Assembly: GCA_963795855.1 (NCBI GenBank)
Contig: CAWCIZ010000003.1
Location: 448,001 to 512,000 of the forward strand
Direction of reading: 5' to 3'
Source: Vulcanimicrobiota bacterium
GTDB taxonomy: Bacteria > Vulcanimicrobiota > Vulcanimicrobiia > Vulcanimicrobiales > Vulcanimicrobiaceae
DNA length: 64,000 nt
Below are positions 60,761-64,000 of the stretch, one piece after another. Below the pieces are notes generated by a model that saw nothing but the letters and a program-made list of their open reading frames with translations, was not told the DNA's origin and ran no database searches. Each line of letters starts with the position of its first letter. The first letter of the stretch is position 1. The translations under genes and the position numbers were made by a program.

Positions 60761-61101
60761 TGGCAAAACCCACCAAAGGCGAGCCGGACGACAAGCAGCC
60801 GGGTGGCGAAATGTCCGTGCGTGAGGCCGGCAAAAAAGGCGGCAACACCGTGCGAGACCGGTACGGTTCGGGCTTTTACGAGGAGATCGGTCGCAAGGGA
60901 GGGCAGGCGACGCGCCAACGGCACGGAGTGGAATTCTACGAGTCCATCGGCCAAAAAGGCGGCAAGGTCGTCAAAGAAAAGTACGGACCTGATTTCTACG
61001 AGGAGATCGGTCATAAGGGCGGTCAGAAGGTCAAAAAGCTGATTGCCGAGGCTAAGAAACAGCTGGGAACGAGCGAGCCGGAAGAACGCGAAAAAGAGTA
61101 G
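60760..61101 (+). CDS. KGG-repeat general stress protein (GsiB/Em-like), second copy
   Basis: MSVREAGKKGG plus three 22-aa FYE.IG.KGG repeats. Confidence 0.9.
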   Translation: MAKPTKGEPDDKQPGGEMSVREAGKKGGNTVRDRYGSGFYEEIGRKGGQATRQRHGVEFYESIGQKGGKVVKEKYGPDFYEEIGHKGGQKVKKLIAEAKKQLGTSEPEEREKE

Positions 61102-61216
61102 TCTCAGCTTTACGGTCGCCACTCGTCCGTCGCGGTCGCCACATCAGCCCAAGGGGCGGATTAGCGACGGGGGCGCGCGGACGGGTCACCGCAAATAAAA
61201 TCCACGGGTGAGGATG

Positions 61217-61777
61217 TCAAGGTCCGGGCGCTTCAACGCCGCCGCTGATTTTTCCGAGGCGGATTGAGTTTTTGTTGAAATCGACCGTGATATCGGCAAC
61301 TTTCAGCGTCTGATCCCCGGTTCGAAACACGCACGGATGCGTAAGTTGCAGCAACTTCGTGGCGTTCACCCATTGCACGAGATCGGTGTCGAACGATTTG
61401 CTTATGCCGTCTTTCGGATGCAGCGCTTCGATCTGCACGTCGCCGGTCGCTGTAAAATCGAACGTTTGCGTATTCACCGAAACGTGCTGCGCCGCTAAGC
61501 TCAAATACGGCTTTCCTTTTTTATAGAGTACGCCGTTCTTCACGCCGTCGAGCGTCGCGAGAATTCCGTCGGGCGACATTTGCGCTTTCGTATAGTCGAA
61601 CGTCCACGAGCGCGTGCTGATACGGTTTCCCGTCACGCGCCCGCCGCGCATCGTGATGGGCTGCGCCGCGGGCGGCGGCGGAACGTCGCGTCCCGCGAGG
61701 ACGATTCCGGCAACGACCCACACGAACAGCACGCCGGCCGCGATCCAGCCGATGCGCTTCCAATTCCAGTTACGCAC
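61217..61777 (-). CDS. LptC-like beta-jellyroll membrane-anchored protein
   Basis: Single N-terminal TM followed by a beta-rich domain (FTATGDVQI, FDTDLVQW); adjacent to lnt. Confidence 0.5.
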   Translation of the reverse strand: MRNWNWKRIGWIAAGVLFVWVVAGIVLAGRDVPPPPAAQPITMRGGRVTGNRISTRSWTFDYTKAQMSPDGILATLDGVKNGVLYKKGKPYLSLAAQHVSVNTQTFDFTATGDVQIEALHPKDGISKSFDTDLVQWVNATKLLQLTHPCVFRTGDQTLKVADITVDFNKNSIRLGKISGGVEAPGP

Positions 61778-63314
61778 GGCGGCGCACCGCGGCTCCGACG
61801 GCGAGGACGAGTGCGTAAAGTGCTGCGAGCGCGTACATGACCGGGTTCGGTCCGATGCGCGCGAAAAGCGATCCGGGCGGAATACCGACGTTGCCCACGA
61901 CGACGGCCTCTTTATCCAATTGCGTTGCTTCGATCCATGCGCCGGAGGGCGAGATGATCCCGCTCACCCCGGTCGACGCCGCCTGCAGCACCCACTCGCC
62001 GGATTCGATTGCGCGCATCTGCGCGATCTGCGCGTGCTGATACGTTCCGGAGTCTTTGCCGAACCACGCGTCGTCCGTCGGTATCACCAGAAACTGTGCG
62101 CCGTTCGCAATTTGCGCGTGCACCAAATCGGCGAACGCGGATTCCCAGCAGATCAGCGGAGCAAAGCGCATGCCGCCCGCATCGACGGCGGTGTTTTGCG
62201 TGCCGTGCCCGAAGCGGCCGATGAGCGACGCGTCCGGAAGCCAAGAAAAAAGCACCGGTGCCGGCAGCGATTCCGCAAACGGCACGAGCTGCCGCTTATC
62301 GTAGACGTTGATCAGCAGTCCGTCGGGCGCGTACGTATACAGCGCGTTGTACTCCTTGAGGCGTTCGTCCGACCAATGCCGGTCGAGACTTCCAAGCGTC
62401 AGCGTGGCGTGCATGCTGCGCGCGAGATCGGCGAACTGTTTTTGCAAGCGCGCGTCGGTCTGCAACTGCGCGGTCCAGAAGTGTTTTTCTACGGGCGACA
62501 TCGCCGGCCAGTTGAAATAGTACGTGGCGTCGTCGAGATCCGTCGTGATGACGGTTTCGGGCCACACGATAAGGTGCGGGTGCAGCGGCGCGAGTTGCCG
62601 CGTCAATGCCGTATAACGCTCGACGCTGCGCGGAAGCGTTTGCGTATTCCACTTGATCGTTTGCGCGATATTGCCTTGCACCGCGGCGACGCGCATCGTC
62701 GGCACCGCGGCATGACGCGCCGGCCATGCGGAGTATGCGGCGTACCAGCCGGCGGCGACCACTGCCACGGCAATTGCGAGCGGTGTTGCGCGGCGATGCG
62801 CGATCGCATAAGCGATGTAGCCCCCTAGCAGCATGACGACGAACGTGACGCCGAACGAGCCGACGTATGCGGCGAAGACCGAAAGCGGCGTGGACGTTTG
62901 CGAATACCCAATCTGCGCGAACGGAACCGCGGCCACGCCTATCGACCGCAGCCATTCGAAGACGGTAAAGGCAGCGGCGCCCGCGATGGGCACGAGCCAC
63001 GCGGGCGCGAGCTGCGCGGCGAGTTTCGTGCACAGTGCCGTCAGCGCGAAGGCGAGCGCTTCGACGAGCGCGGGGATGAGTACGACGGCAAATGCAAGCG
63101 AGCCGACGTACGAACCGACCGTATACGTGAACCACGAAAAATTTATTGCGAAAAAGATCGTGCCGGCGAACCAAGCCGCAAAGAATGCGCGTTTCCAGGA
63201 GAGGCGCTCCCACCCCCAGAACAGGGCCGCCGCCCCAAGGGGAGCAAGCCACGGTTGCTGAGTTTTTGGGAACGCTAGCGCGAGCGCGACGGCGCCGAGC
63301 ATGCACAGGGCCAT
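61770..63314 (-). CDS. lnt: Apolipoprotein N-acyltransferase
   Basis: LALAFP, EWLRS, QGNI, IVWPE, YDKRQLVPFAE, ICWESAF (E-K-C triad), QH..IAQMRAIE; start chosen at ATG 63314. Confidence 0.92.
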   Translation of the reverse strand: MALCMLGAVALALAFPKTQQPWLAPLGAAALFWGWERLSWKRAFFAAWFAGTIFFAINFSWFTYTVGSYVGSLAFAVVLIPALVEALAFALTALCTKLAAQLAPAWLVPIAGAAAFTVFEWLRSIGVAAVPFAQIGYSQTSTPLSVFAAYVGSFGVTFVVMLLGGYIAYAIAHRRATPLAIAVAVVAAGWYAAYSAWPARHAAVPTMRVAAVQGNIAQTIKWNTQTLPRSVERYTALTRQLAPLHPHLIVWPETVITTDLDDATYYFNWPAMSPVEKHFWTAQLQTDARLQKQFADLARSMHATLTLGSLDRHWSDERLKEYNALYTYAPDGLLINVYDKRQLVPFAESLPAPVLFSWLPDASLIGRFGHGTQNTAVDAGGMRFAPLICWESAFADLVHAQIANGAQFLVIPTDDAWFGKDSGTYQHAQIAQMRAIESGEWVLQAASTGVSGIISPSGAWIEATQLDKEAVVVGNVGIPPGSLFARIGPNPVMYALAALYALVLAVGAAVRRRA

Positions 63315-63339
63315 CTCGGCCCCGCGAACGGAGGTACCG

Positions 63340-64000
63340 ATGTTCCGCAAACTGGTCTTCGTGCTTTGTGCTCTATCGCTCACGCTGGCTTCGTGCGGTC
63401 GTCAAGTTACGCCTAACCGGCCCGGAACCTCCGGAGAAGGCTTGCAGCCCGGGTACATGGAGATCAAGTTCAATACCTATCAGACGATGAATTTCAGCAC
63501 CGTCTGGTACGTCATTGCGCTGAACACCGACGGGACGGGACGCCAGCCGTATCCTTTCAACGGCAACCAGCAGCAGAATTGGCTCGGCTACTCTTTTGAA
63601 ATCATCGTGTACCAGCTTCCAGGGCAAACTGCTCCGAGCGCTTCGCTCGTGCAATTCATCACGCAGCAGGGCACGGGCGGCGGCACGATCAAAGTTCCGA
63701 CGCAGCCCCTGACTGTGGCACCGCAGCAACTGCAGACTGATTTCGAATTGTAACGGCTCGCAAACGCAGTTCTGCCTCATCATCGATCGTCACGTCTTCA
63801 GCGGCCTCGGGCAAACCGGGTCGAGCGCGACGCCGAGTGCGTCGCCGTCTCCGACGTCTTCACCGAGCGCGACGCCGTCAGCGTCGCCGACGCCTCCCGC
63901 GGTAGCGGGAACTTGGAACATCAATTGGTTCACGGTCGCACCTGCCGGCGGACCGTCGGCAGGCGGTCAAGTGATCGATGCTCCCGGTCCGCAAGGCCCG
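63340..64000 (+). CDS. Hypothetical lipoprotein with Ser/Pro/Thr linker, runs off window end (frameshift near 63740)
   Basis: SD GGAGG; lipobox LASC; SATPSASPSPTSSPSATPSASPTP linker in the shifted frame. Confidence 0.65.

Noticed and set aside
60560..61030. ~66-nt periodic repeats resembling a CRISPR array
   Set aside because: They are in-frame KGG protein repeats with synonymous variation; there are no unique spacers or cas genes.
61110..61180. Imperfect GC hairpin and GGTCGCCAC direct repeat between convergent genes
   Set aside because: Short and imperfect with no U-tract; plausible weak terminator but not supportable.

Overview
GC-rich bacterial chromosomal window of mostly core genes. 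The gene content (Firmicutes/Actinobacteria-like housekeeping genes plus Lnt and an LptC-like protein) suggests a diderm Terrabacteria lineage such as Eremiobacterota/Vulcanimicrobiota; this is inference, not shown by the sequence. Contents in order: spoIIM-like/RDD pair, DUF697-like gene, M48 protease, minC-minD-minD-minE-rodA, RNase E/G, a long minus-strand block ftsE-ftsX-histidine kinase-REC/GGDEF-envC(M23)-ctpA-ctpA-GAF/GGDEF/STAND, acyl-CoA dehydrogenase, rmuC, a thiosulfate-dehydrogenase (tsdA) cluster, a fused lipoyl-lipoyl-E2-E1 2-oxoglutarate dehydrogenase, prolyl oligopeptidase, LOG, SUI1, P450, lrp-kdd-kamA, a peptide-binding protein, pntAa/Ab/B, a macroglobulin-like gene followed by polA-DUF192-mutM-rpsA-coaE, D-aminoacylase, two KGG stress proteins, lptC-like, lnt and a lipoprotein. 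I saw no rRNA, tRNA, CRISPR array, transposase or integrase. More than 20 apparent frameshifts in conserved genes most likely reflect indel-prone long-read assembly, so coordinates near them are approximate. The most notable observations are a ~310-nt multi-stem intergenic element (23742-24055), a c-di-GMP two-component module inside the ftsEX-envC-ctpA operon, a duplicated minD preceded by a phased DnaA-box cluster, the all-in-one OGDH fusion, a DsrE-like/TsdA/YeiH sulfur module, and a consensus sigma-B-type promoter before the gsiB-like genes.
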